This document shows positions 10,232 to 19,673 of a stretch of 64,000 nt of DNA, piece after piece. Numbering within the stretch: position 1 is the first letter of the stretch; each line of letters opens with the position of its first letter. The stretch covers positions 672,001 through 736,000 of the forward strand of contig CAWCNY010000005.1 in NCBI GenBank assembly GCA_963797095.1, written 5' to 3'. The translations under genes and the position numbers were made by a program. Source of the DNA: an uncultured Chloroflexia bacterium. Lineage in GTDB: Bacteria; Chloroflexota; Chloroflexia; QHBQ01; JADMIH01. Under the pieces are notes generated by a model, which worked only from the letters and a program-made list of their open reading frames with translations, was not told the DNA's origin and searched no databases.

Positions 10232-11143
10232 ATGAGTATTGTGCTCGCTTATCTGGTGGCCGGGGTGATCGGGTATTTGGGTTACCGGGCGAGGGCGCTT
10301 ACTTGGGATGGGGCGGTGGCGGCTTGCCTGGTTGGTGGGACGATCTTCGGGTTCGGGGGCTTGGGGTGGGCGCTGCTGCTGGTGGTGTTCTTTGTGTCTT
10401 CTAGCGCGCTGTCGTTTGTGGGTGGGAAGGATTCGCGGAAGAGGCAGGCGGCGGCCATGTTCGAGAAAGGCGGGCGGCGGGATGCGTGGCAGGTGGCTGC
10501 GAACGGCGGGGTGGCGGCTTTAGCGGCTTTGGGGGCGGGGATTGCTCGTGAGGCGCTTGCGAGTAGCGACCAGCAGATAGACATAGTCATTTCATGTTAT
10601 TACTTGTTCGTAGGGGCATTGGCGGCGGCCACTGCCGATACCTGGGCCACTGAGGTAGGTGTGTTGAGCCAAACGGACCCCAGGCTGGTGACAACCGGGA
10701 AGAAAGTGCCGACAGGCACGTCAGGTGGGGTGACGGTTCTTGGGAGCGGGGCTGCGCTGGTGGGAGCCGGGCTGATCGGGCTGGCGGCAATAGTCATAGT
10801 GACCGTGGGACCTGATCCTTTCTCAATACCGGGCCATTTGATCGGCATCCGGTATTGGATATTGTTGCCGGTGGCGCTCGTGGGTGGATTGGGTGGGATG
10901 CTAGTCGATAGCTTGCTTGGTGCTACAGTGCAGGCTCAGTATATATGCCCGGCATGCAATAAGCCGACGGAGAGCAGAGTGCACAGGTGTGGAACGAAGA
11001 CTACGCCGGTACGCGGCTTGCGTTGGGTCAATAATGATGTGGTGAATCTGGCAGGTACTGCGATAGGGGCAGTAGCGGGTGTATTGGTAGTGGGCATCAT
11101 GCCGATGGTAGAGGGTCCGATTATGGACTTCATAAGCAGGTAA
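10232..11143 (+). CDS. DUF92/TMEM19-family membrane protein
   Basis: RDAWQVAANGG, ADTWATEVG, GTSGGVT, DSLLGATVQ, NNDVVN. Confidence 0.92.
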   Translation: MSIVLAYLVAGVIGYLGYRARALTWDGAVAACLVGGTIFGFGGLGWALLLVVFFVSSSALSFVGGKDSRKRQAAAMFEKGGRRDAWQVAANGGVAALAALGAGIAREALASSDQQIDIVISCYYLFVGALAAATADTWATEVGVLSQTDPRLVTTGKKVPTGTSGGVTVLGSGAALVGAGLIGLAAIVIVTVGPDPFSIPGHLIGIRYWILLPVALVGGLGGMLVDSLLGATVQAQYICPACNKPTESRVHRCGTKTTPVRGLRWVNNDVVNLAGTAIGAVAGVLVVGIMPMVEGPIMDFISR

Positions 11144-11192
11144 TTGTGTATAATTGAGTGCAATCTGTAGTCAGTTTGAGCAGGAGAAGCAT

Positions 11193-11711
11193 ATGGACGA
11201 TATGACGAGCAACAATATGGAGGGCGCTTCGGGGCGCTCAGAAGCAGAGATGGCCTGGGACGCGGAGTTCGCGAATATGGAGGAACCTTCGGGGGGAGGG
11301 CTTACGGGCACACTGGATGGCGTGGCTAAATTGCTGATTAAGCTGCCTGCCGCGCTGGTGCAGCTCCCCATGGCGATCCTGCCGGAGGATACTCAGAAGC
11401 ACGCACGGGCGGCACTTTTGGAAAGCTTCCTGGCGGTAAGGTCGCTTTTGAGCGCGGTGGGAGATGGGATCGAAGGGGCATTGAGCGATTCCGGGCAGAA
11501 GAAGGCGACATACAAAGGCCCGCAGGGGACCTGGGGTGCGGGGCGATACAGCGGCTCAAGCAGGCCGCCGGGCAAGGTGCAGAGGATCGAGGTACAGGAC
11601 GAGGTGAGCGAGGCCGGGGGCGGAGATGGATCGGGCACGCGCATCACGATCGATGACCTGGCCGACTCCAATGAGGAAGGGCGGGGGTTGCGGGCGGATA
11701 TTGATTATTGA
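11193..11711 (+). CDS. Hypothetical acidic protein
   Basis: AGGAG RBS before ATG 11193; terminator downstream. Confidence 0.7.
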   Translation: MDDMTSNNMEGASGRSEAEMAWDAEFANMEEPSGGGLTGTLDGVAKLLIKLPAALVQLPMAILPEDTQKHARAALLESFLAVRSLLSAVGDGIEGALSDSGQKKATYKGPQGTWGAGRYSGSSRPPGKVQRIEVQDEVSEAGGGDGSGTRITIDDLADSNEEGRGLRADIDY

Positions 11712-11712
11712 G

Positions 11713-11747
11713 GACGAGTGACGAGTGACGAGTGGTGAGTGGCGAGT
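11713..11747 (+). repeat. Heptamer repeat (GACGAGT/GGCGAGT)5
   Basis: Direct reading; starts right after a stop codon. Confidence 0.88.
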
Positions 11748-11782
11748 TATTTTGGTTTTGAAGCAATCTTGCTGATTATATG

Positions 11783-11813
11783 AATGGGGGCCGTTGGTGG
11801 CCCTCATTTTTGT
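11783..11813 (+). terminator. Intrinsic terminator
   Basis: AATGGGGGCC...GGCCCTCATT plus T-tract between convergent genes. Confidence 0.65.
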
Positions 11814-11828
11814 TGGGCGGGGACCCGG

Positions 11829-13241
11829 TTAGCGGGCGTTGGGGGGTGGGATCGGGAAGATCTTACCGGGGTTGAGGAGGTTGTGGGGGTCGAGCGCCCA
11901 TTTTATGCGCTGCTGCATTTCTATGGTGGTGGCGTCGAGGCTTTCGGGCAGGAAATCGCGTTTGAGGGTGCCTATGCCGTGCTCGCCTGAGAGGGTGCCG
12001 CCCAGTTCGACGGCGGCTTCGAGGATCTCGCGGGCGGCGGATTGGACGCGGGCCATCTCTTCGGGGTCGCGCAGGTCGCAGAGGATGTTGGGGTGGAGAT
12101 TGCCGTCGCCGATGTGGCCGAAAAGTGGGATGGCCAGGCGGTGGCGCAGGGCGATATCTTCGACGTGGCGCACCATAGCGGGGATCTGGGCGCGTGGGAC
12201 GGAGATGTCTTCGCCGAATTTGTTGGGCTTGAGGCGGGAGACGGCGGGAGAGACGGCGCGTCGGGCTGCCCAGAGGGCGTCACTCTCGGATTGGGTGGCG
12301 GCCTGCCGCACGTCTAGCGCCCCGCTTTGCTTGCAGAGAATGGCTATACGGGCGAGTTCGTCATCTACCACACGGCGGTCGGAGCCATCCTGGTCTATGA
12401 GGAGGATGGTTTCGGCATCGAGTGGGAGGCCGAAGTCTTTGTAGGCCATGACGGAGCGGATGGAGGCGTTATCCATCATTTCGAGGGCGAGTGGGAGGAT
12501 ACCCGCGAGGAGGATGCGATTGACGGTGTCGGCGGCATCATCGAGACGTGAGAAGATTGCCATGACGGTGCCCCGGTGGGGCGGTTTGGGGATTAGGCGG
12601 AGAGTGATTTCGGTGATGATGCCGAGGGTGCCCTCGGAGCCTGTGAATAGCTGGGTGAGGTTGTAGCCGGTCTGGACTTTGATCATTTTGCCGCCGGTGC
12701 GGATGATACGGCCACCGGCGAGCACCACTTGAAGGGCGAGGACGTAGTCGCGAGTGGTGCCGTATTTGAGGCAGCGTGGGCCTCCGGCAGAGGTGGCTAC
12801 GTTGCCGCCGATGGTGCACTGGCGCAGGGATTGGGGGTCGGGCGGGTAGAAGAGGCCGTGCTTCTCGACTTCGGCCTGGAGATTGGCGGTGACTACACCG
12901 GGCTGGACGGTGATGGTCATGTTGGCGGTATCGATTTCGAGAACGCGATTCATGCGGGTCAAGTTGATGACTAGACCGCCCTGGGTGGCAAGAGCGCCCC
13001 CGGCCATGCCCGTGCCACCACCACGCGGGACGATGGGGACGCCGAGGTTGGCGGCGATTTTGACGGCGGTGGAGATCTCTTCGGCGGTGAGAGGGGAAAG
13101 GACGGCGTCTGGCTTACCCAGGGACCAGGTGGCATCGTAGGAGTAAACGGCGAGGTCCTCTGGGGTGGTCTGGACCTGGTCGGGAGGGAACGCGGCGCGT
13201 AGCTGGGCCGCCAGGGTGGTAATGGTCTGCTGTGAGATCAT
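11829..13241 (-). CDS. FAD-linked oxidase (GlcD / D-lactate dehydrogenase family)
   Basis: PRGGGTG, YPPDP, TIGGNVAT, GHIGDGNLHP, SGEHGIG, LNPGK. Confidence 0.93.
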   Translation of the reverse strand: MISQQTITTLAAQLRAAFPPDQVQTTPEDLAVYSYDATWSLGKPDAVLSPLTAEEISTAVKIAANLGVPIVPRGGGTGMAGGALATQGGLVINLTRMNRVLEIDTANMTITVQPGVVTANLQAEVEKHGLFYPPDPQSLRQCTIGGNVATSAGGPRCLKYGTTRDYVLALQVVLAGGRIIRTGGKMIKVQTGYNLTQLFTGSEGTLGIITEITLRLIPKPPHRGTVMAIFSRLDDAADTVNRILLAGILPLALEMMDNASIRSVMAYKDFGLPLDAETILLIDQDGSDRRVVDDELARIAILCKQSGALDVRQAATQSESDALWAARRAVSPAVSRLKPNKFGEDISVPRAQIPAMVRHVEDIALRHRLAIPLFGHIGDGNLHPNILCDLRDPEEMARVQSAAREILEAAVELGGTLSGEHGIGTLKRDFLPESLDATTIEMQQRIKWALDPHNLLNPGKIFPIPPPNAR

Positions 13242-13502
13242 GAGGATATTGTACTTTAATTGGAACCATAAAGGCACGAAGAGCGCTAGGAGATCACAAA
13301 GCTCTTTAGCCTTGTGCCCGTCCCTATTGATATTCGGTTGGGGAGAGCGGGCACACAGGCGGCCTGGGAGCAAATGGCATTTGGCAAAGCTTGCTAGATT
13401 GGGTCTTGAAGATATTTCCGACGCAAACGATTAGCTCGTAATCGAATCGTGCTCGAATTGAAGAAGCATCCTTACCAGGACAGGGCAGCTTCTTCATCGA
13501 GG

Positions 13503-16500
13503 CTATCGAAACTGGAGCCCTCGGGTTTGGCAGTCGGGATAGAAGGTGTTGGCTACAATCTTGGAGGTCTGCCCCCTCGTCGCGTTGTTGCCTGGGCGGA
13601 AGTAGGGCAAGCTGTCCGGGCCGCAAGGCTCTCCCACTCCTCCACATAGGTAACCCGACATCACCCCTCGAGATCCTAGCCGCTGGATGAAGTCGTAGAA
13701 TGGGGAGGCCGGCTCCACATCCTCGAACAACCGGTCTCCAGGCGGATCGGAGAGGCCCGCGGCATTGGACACTATCTTTGATATCTGACCTCGTGAGGCG
13801 TTGCCGTTAGGCCGGAAGTAAGGCAGACTGGCGGGGCCGCAAGGCTCTCCCACGCCGCCACAGGTATAACCGCTCACATAATCCCGGTCTGATAGTCTCC
13901 AGATGTAGTCGTAGAACGTCGAGCCGGGGGCTACGTCCTGGTACTGCTGCTCGCCCGTAGTTTCGGTGAAGTGCGCCGCATTGGCCACTATCTTAGCAAG
14001 CTGCCCTCTTGTGACATTATTGTTGGGTTTGAAGCACAGGCCGCCCGTCTCGCAGCCAGAGGTATACCCGTTGATGATGCCCCGACAAGCCATGCACCTG
14101 ACGAAGCTGTAGAAGGTGCTATCCGAAGGCACGTCCGTGAACTGGATCGCACAGGCTGAAGGGGTTGCGGTAGCTGTGGGAGCGGGAGTGGGAATGGTTG
14201 GGCATGGGTCGTACCGTTCTATCAACGTGCGGCCAATCTCATAGTATCCGCCCGCCCACACACTATTGCCTGATGATACAGCCACTCCATAGAGGGTGGT
14301 GTCAAGTGCGCCCAGATCTGGACTCGGCACTATGCTCCAGGCGCTCCCATCCCAGTGCTCTATCAGCGTGCGTGGGTGAAAGGTGTAGAAGTTGGTGTCG
14401 CTGTCATAGTAGCCTACAGCCCACACATCGTTGGCTGATACCGCGGCAACGCCGGTCAAGGAGGGCTCTAGCTCGTACAGATCCTCATGGGGAGTGTATA
14501 CAACGTTCCATGTGCTCCCATTCCAGCGCTCGACAAAAGTCATCCATTGCTGGTTTTCGGCGGGCATAGGGCTCACCTCAACTAAACGACGCCCCACCGC
14601 CCACGCATCGGTGCTCGACAACGCATCTACTGCATTGAAGGAACTGGCGAGGGTGACATCGTCTGGAGGATCAGGGCTTGGAACCACACTCCATACGCCC
14701 CCACTCCAGTGTACCGTGAGTGTGTGTGATCCATTGCCGGTGTAGCCTACAGCCCATACATCATTGCTTGATATCGCCGTTACGCCGGTAAGGTAGTTGC
14801 TGTGATCGCCCACATTTGGGCTGGATGCAACACTCCACGCACTCCCATCCCAGTGCTCGATCAACGTCAGGTCGCGACCAACAGTGCTGTTATGATATCG
14901 CCCCACCGCCCATGCATCGTTTGCCGAGACCGCCGCTACCCCAGTAAGCGCGGTGTAGCCGGTGCCCGTATCGGGGCCTGGCACCACGCTCCACATGCTC
15001 CCATCCCAATGCATCGTCAGCGTCTTGTATTCGCTCTCTGAAGTGGAATAACGGTAACGCCCTACGGCCCATAGATCATCATTGGAGACCCCCGATACCG
15101 CCTGGAGATAGTTGTCGTATGTGCTCGCGTTGGGACTGGGCACCACACTCCAAGCGCTCCCGTCCCAGTGCTCTATCAATGTTCGGTACGCGCCGACATC
15201 GGAATCGTCATGATATCCGACAGCCCACACATCGTTGGCCGAAACCGCAGTTATTCCCTCGAATGTACCACAATTGCAACCGAAATTGTCGCTTGGCACC
15301 ACACTCCATGCACTCCCGTCCCAATGCTCTATCAGCGTCTGATCTCGGTTGGCGCTGCTGTTATGGTACATTCCTGCGGCCCATATATCGCTGCCCGATA
15401 CGACAGCCACTCCGCCCAGGTAGCTGCCTGGACCCATATCCGGGCTGGGCATCACGCTCCATGAGAGCCCGTCCCAATGCTCTATCAGCGTCTGGGTCTG
15501 AGAATTGTTGTTGGAGTATGCGCCTACAGCCCACACATCGCTTGCGGATACCGCTCCTACTCCCCTGAGGTAGCCGTATGCGCCCACAGTAGGGCTTGAT
15601 ACTACACTCCACGCGCTCCCGTCCCAGTGTATGGCCAGCGGCTGGTGCGTTGCAAGAGTCATTTCACCTACAGCCCACACGTCGTTGCTGGATACCGCAG
15701 ATACCGAACTCAACGAGTTCCAGCCTTCTATGATAGGAGTCGGCACTATGCTCCATGCACTCCCATCCCAGTGCATCACCAGCATATTCTCACCGGTGCC
15801 AACATAACCCACTGCCCAGATGTCGTTGCTTGATATTGCAGCCACATCACCCAGGCCGCTGAACGTGCCTACGCTGGGGCTTGGCACCACGCTCCACTCG
15901 CTCCCGTCCCAGTGCATGGTTAGCGGGCGCGTCGAGCTATCCCTGTACTGGCCTACAGCCCACACATCATTAGCCGATACTACTGCTATTCCACCCAGGT
16001 AGCTCTCACTCCCCATAGTTGGATTTGGCACCGCACTCCACTCGCTCCCGTCCCAGTGCATGGTTAGGGCACGATAAATCGACGGCTCGGTGACGGATAA
16101 GCCAACAGCCCACACGTCGTTAGCCGATACTCCAGCAACATCAGAAAGGTGATCGATGTCGCCGATAGGTTCGTATGAAACAGCGCTCCAGGTGCTCCCA
16201 TCCCAATACTCCAGTAAGCCCCAATCTCGACCCCAGGCCCACAGATCCTCAGCAGACACTGCTGCTATCCCACTCAGTTGTCCTTCCGGCGGGCCCACGG
16301 TCGGGGTTGGCACGAGGGTCCAGTCGGGTCCGCACTCCGGCGTATACGGCAGATCAAGTACAGGTTGCGCTTTCTCCGCCTGAGCCGAAGCCGAAGTCAG
16401 GTTCGCAGCGGACGTTGCAGCTGAGCTATTGGCGTTTATGAGCACCAAGCCGATTGCGGTAACAAGGATCGCGATAATCGCGGCGGTGATTTGCAGGGCT

Positions 16501-16511
16501 TTCGTCTTCAC
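13503..16511 (-). CDS. Secreted beta-propeller repeat protein with three C-terminal SLH domains
   Basis: Signal peptide; 14 WAVG...EHWDGSxW repeats; FTDVP...FKPNNNVTRGQ-type SLH repeats. Confidence 0.92.
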   Translation of the reverse strand: MKTKALQITAAIIAILVTAIGLVLINANSSAATSAANLTSASAQAEKAQPVLDLPYTPECGPDWTLVPTPTVGPPEGQLSGIAAVSAEDLWAWGRDWGLLEYWDGSTWSAVSYEPIGDIDHLSDVAGVSANDVWAVGLSVTEPSIYRALTMHWDGSEWSAVPNPTMGSESYLGGIAVVSANDVWAVGQYRDSSTRPLTMHWDGSEWSVVPSPSVGTFSGLGDVAAISSNDIWAVGYVGTGENMLVMHWDGSAWSIVPTPIIEGWNSLSSVSAVSSNDVWAVGEMTLATHQPLAIHWDGSAWSVVSSPTVGAYGYLRGVGAVSASDVWAVGAYSNNNSQTQTLIEHWDGLSWSVMPSPDMGPGSYLGGVAVVSGSDIWAAGMYHNSSANRDQTLIEHWDGSAWSVVPSDNFGCNCGTFEGITAVSANDVWAVGYHDDSDVGAYRTLIEHWDGSAWSVVPSPNASTYDNYLQAVSGVSNDDLWAVGRYRYSTSESEYKTLTMHWDGSMWSVVPGPDTGTGYTALTGVAAVSANDAWAVGRYHNSTVGRDLTLIEHWDGSAWSVASSPNVGDHSNYLTGVTAISSNDVWAVGYTGNGSHTLTVHWSGGVWSVVPSPDPPDDVTLASSFNAVDALSSTDAWAVGRRLVEVSPMPAENQQWMTFVERWNGSTWNVVYTPHEDLYELEPSLTGVAAVSANDVWAVGYYDSDTNFYTFHPRTLIEHWDGSAWSIVPSPDLGALDTTLYGVAVSSGNSVWAGGYYEIGRTLIERYDPCPTIPTPAPTATATPSACAIQFTDVPSDSTFYSFVRCMACRGIINGYTSGCETGGLCFKPNNNVTRGQLAKIVANAAHFTETTGEQQYQDVAPGSTFYDYIWRLSDRDYVSGYTCGGVGEPCGPASLPYFRPNGNASRGQISKIVSNAAGLSDPPGDRLFEDVEPASPFYDFIQRLGSRGVMSGYLCGGVGEPCGPDSLPYFRPGNNATRGQTSKIVANTFYPDCQTRGLQFR

Positions 16512-16530
16512 GGTTTGATCCTTCCCTCAG

Positions 16531-16661
16531 TTCGCTCTCGTCGTCTGACCAAAGACTTTGAGAGACTGCCACAGACGAGCGAAGCCTTCATTTATGTGGC
16601 GATGATACGCCTTATGGTTAGGAGATTGGCTCATCATGGATGGTTTTCAGACCCTTTCTCA
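16531..16661 (+). mobile_element. IS5-family transposase 3' remnant
   Basis: RSRRLTKDFERLPQTSEAFIYVAMIRLMVRRLA resembles an IS5 C-terminus; TTTTCAGACCCTTTCTCA is a probable right end. Confidence 0.75.
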
Positions 16662-16839
16662 TACATTCATACGTCGCACGTCCTCGACGCAGTACAACGT
16701 CACATGGCCCTATTGCTTTTGCGAGAGCCATGTGTGGTGAGAGGTGTTATGTTATGAGCACTTCTACTGTAGCGCACCAGGGTGTAAAGCTGGGTAAATA
16801 CAGGTGAATGCCGGGCAAGAAATGCCAGCTAAATTGCAG

Positions 16840-16938
16840 GCACGCCCGGGTTGGCGGCGATCGTGACGGCTGTGGGGATTTCTATTTGGGCCGCCAGGGT
16901 GCTATTGGCCTGCTGTGATATCATGCGGATATTGTGCT
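16840..16938 (-). pseudogene. Degenerate duplicate of the 5' end of the FAD oxidase gene
   Basis: 16840-16883 aligns to 13037-13080 and 16884-16938 aligns to 13201-13255. Confidence 0.8.
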
Positions 16939-17077
16939 GCGCCCAGACGATTCTATTGGTTACCACAGAGACACAGAGACACAGAGGTTATTTTTGGGTT
17001 TTGGAACACGAAGAAGTGGAGGAGGCGAAGACAGCTTATTTGAATGATATGTTTGAGAGGCGGGTGTAAGTACTTGA

Positions 17078-18526
17078 TCATGCTTCGACTTCGGTGGCGG
17101 GCGGCAGGTTCAAGAGGCCTTCCATCGCATGGAACTCGTACATCTGCATGAGAGCGCGCATCTTGGGGTCCATGTGCTGGTAGAGCGCTTCGGTGAGGCC
17201 CTTGCGGATCTCGGGAGGAAAGAGCTTGGCGAACTTGTTGCTCTCGATGGCGATGAAGAGCTTGTAGTAGTCGAGCAGGGCGGTGGGGTCGATGTTGAGG
17301 TCCTGGTCGGTGAGGCGGATCTTGCCGATGTGCATACGGACCTTGAGGCGATTTTCGCGGGCGAAGCGATTTAGCTCGTACTCGAACTCCATTGCCTTGC
17401 GAGAATAACCGTACATGACAAGCTTGATGTAGATAGCTTCGACTGTGTATTTGAATAGCTCCATGACGGTCTGCTTGTCGGGCGGGACGGGCTGAACCAG
17501 GCTGAGCTTGGTGAGGCCGTGGAGGAGCTTGGCGGTGTCGAACTGGGTGCGCTGGCGCTTGCGGGCGATGCTCGATACGTCGCTGACACCGTCGACCATC
17601 GCCAGGACTTCGCGGGCTTCGTCGGAGAGAGGGCCGGTGACGGGGCGTGGGAGGCGGCGGAAAGCCATGAGGACGGAAGGGATGATAGGCGAGATGCGTA
17701 TCCACTCGTCAACGCGGCGTGTGCCTTCGATAATGAGCTTTTCGGCGCTGACCGAGACGGGGATTCCATCGGCTTTGACCAGGAGGTCGCCCTGAAAGGT
17801 GAAGCGGCAGTTTCGCCAGAGGAAGAGGGTGTAGATGGTAGTTTCGAGAGTTTGCTCTTCGCACCACTGAAGCTCTTCCTGGGTGGCGAGTTTGTATTTG
17901 AGAAGGATGGCGGCCTGATCGGGGGTCTGATTGCCGCCGGAGGCGACAGTATAGTCGGGCAGAGTGAAGGAGTCGACGTTGTCTAAATTGCCCATATAGG
18001 GGTCGGTGCGGGTGGAAACGGACATATCGGCGAGGACGCCGCTGTTGAGGACGCGCCTGGACTTGGCAGCGCTCTCGCGAGAGGCACTGGAGCTATTACC
18101 GTTGGAATGGCTGGAGCCGTTGCTGCTCTCGTGCCCATTGCCGTTGGAGGAGGAGGCAACGACAGCGTGAGGGGCTGTGCTATGGCCGTTGAGAGAGGGG
18201 GCACCTGGCTCGGAGTTGGGTTCCAGGTGTTCGGGGTCCTGCACGCCGAGGGTCTTTTTCCAGTTGGGACCGAGGGTTTGGACCAGTTTCTTGGGCGTGA
18301 TCTGGCCGGACTGGAGAAGCATTTCGACAGGCGTGGGGAGGCGAGTGGCCGCCGCTATGTAAGTTATGCGGCCCTGTTCGTAGCAGATGGTGCGGGTGTT
18401 CCAACCCTGGATGAGGGTGAGGGTCCCGGTTTTCTGCGTGAACGATAGAGTTTGAAGAAGGTCGGAAAGGCTGAAGCAGCCAATACGTCCTTGTAGGTCA
18501 AAATCGTCTTTTTCTGTGTTATCCAT
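17078..18526 (-). CDS. DUF4388 (PatA N-terminal-like) domain protein
   Basis: LQGRIGCFSLSDLLQTLSFTQKTGTL; LIIEGTRRVDEW; Ser/Asn/Gly-rich insert. Confidence 0.85.
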   Translation of the reverse strand: MDNTEKDDFDLQGRIGCFSLSDLLQTLSFTQKTGTLTLIQGWNTRTICYEQGRITYIAAATRLPTPVEMLLQSGQITPKKLVQTLGPNWKKTLGVQDPEHLEPNSEPGAPSLNGHSTAPHAVVASSSNGNGHESSNGSSHSNGNSSSASRESAAKSRRVLNSGVLADMSVSTRTDPYMGNLDNVDSFTLPDYTVASGGNQTPDQAAILLKYKLATQEELQWCEEQTLETTIYTLFLWRNCRFTFQGDLLVKADGIPVSVSAEKLIIEGTRRVDEWIRISPIIPSVLMAFRRLPRPVTGPLSDEAREVLAMVDGVSDVSSIARKRQRTQFDTAKLLHGLTKLSLVQPVPPDKQTVMELFKYTVEAIYIKLVMYGYSRKAMEFEYELNRFARENRLKVRMHIGKIRLTDQDLNIDPTALLDYYKLFIAIESNKFAKLFPPEIRKGLTEALYQHMDPKMRALMQMYEFHAMEGLLNLPPATEVEA

Positions 18527-18711
18527 CGTGCTGCCTAACGCTATGAGCAGAGGCGTGGTATATCCACCCCACAGGCACAGCTGGAGCATGGAGTTTTCCG
18601 AATAGCCTGCGGGTATGGTCTCCCTGCGTATATCTTAGCAAGGTAAGGACGGATGGGGAACGGGAAAATGGTACTACACGTATGCAGACATAGGGGGCAG
18701 GACCGGGGAGT

Positions 18712-18812
18712 GGCGAGTTGTTGGTAGTCGGTAGTCGGTTGCCGGCAGTCGGAGGACCATAGTGGTTCCTGGTTCTGGCAACTGACTGCCGACTACCGAC
18801 TACCGACTACCG
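18712..18812. repeat. Inverted heptamer repeat (GGTAGTC)n...(GACTACC)n
   Basis: Arms are reverse complements. Confidence 0.88.
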
Positions 18813-18855
18813 CCTCCGTTGCGTTTGGGGTGCGAATTTCGGTATAGTAAAAATT

Positions 18856-19197
18856 ATGGGAAAGCACGAATTATTAGCACATCGTATCAAGGAATTGCGG
18901 CAGGGACTTAGTTGGACTCAGCAAGACCTTTCAATCGAGAGTGGGCTGAGCAGGTCTTATATATCCAGGTTGGAGATGGGAGACATCGCTCTGCCATCGA
19001 ATGAGCGGTTGAGGGCGCTGTCAAATGCTCTACATACTTCGCTGGACGACCTGCTGCAAGCCGCAGGATTCCTGGATGCGCCATCTCCCGAGAACGGGCT
19101 GCCCGACCTGAGAACTTATCTTCGGCAACGCTACAGTATTGTTGAGCCGGGTGTGCTCCAGGCGTTTGAGACGCTTGTGAGAGAATTGCAGAAGTAG
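18856..19197 (+). CDS. XRE-family HTH transcriptional regulator
   Basis: IKELRQGLSWTQQDLSIESGLSRSYISRLEMG. Confidence 0.93.
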   Translation: MGKHELLAHRIKELRQGLSWTQQDLSIESGLSRSYISRLEMGDIALPSNERLRALSNALHTSLDDLLQAAGFLDAPSPENGLPDLRTYLRQRYSIVEPGVLQAFETLVRELQK

Positions 19198-19203
19198 AGC
19201 CGA

Positions 19204-19280
19204 ACTGCGTACTGCATATTCTGTATTTCATAATGCATGCTGCATACTGCGTGTTGCGTATGGCATACTGCGTGCTCCGT
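19204..19280 (+). repeat. Degenerate (TGCGTAC)n heptamer array
   Basis: About 10 units with 7-bp period. Confidence 0.8.
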
Positions 19281-19413
19281 AGAGGTGGTAGTACCATGGT
19301 ACCCAGGCACGGTTTGGGGCGTTGGTACTATTGAGCTATTCACGCGTGAACGAGGGGAATGTACAATTAGGTGGAAAGATATAGAGAAGTCGCTGTCATG
19401 CTCCTCCTGGTTC

Positions 19414-19444
19414 AGAGGTCTCGAAAGAGACCTCTTTTCTTTTA
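19414..19444 (+). terminator. Intrinsic terminator-like hairpin
   Basis: AGAGGTCTC-GAAA-GAGACCTCT followed by TTTCTTTT. Confidence 0.7.
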
Positions 19445-19673
19445 ATGGCATTCTCCATGCGGGATCTATTGTTTGTAACTGTCAGTATTGCACACAAAGA
19501 CCCCTCTCCAAATTGGTAGGGGCTTTCCAAAACAGCCAAACCGCCATTTTGGCTGTTTTGGAACCAGATTGCACGCCTGCGAACCTGAATCTAAAGTTCG
19601 GGATGCCTCATGTTTTAGGGCAAAAGCTTTCTTGTGTGAACATAGAGTACAGGTTCCGGTGCTTCCTATTTGA

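Noticed and set aside
13503-16511. Diversity-generating retroelement target
   Set aside because: No RT gene and no template/variable repeat pair seen; loop variation includes length changes
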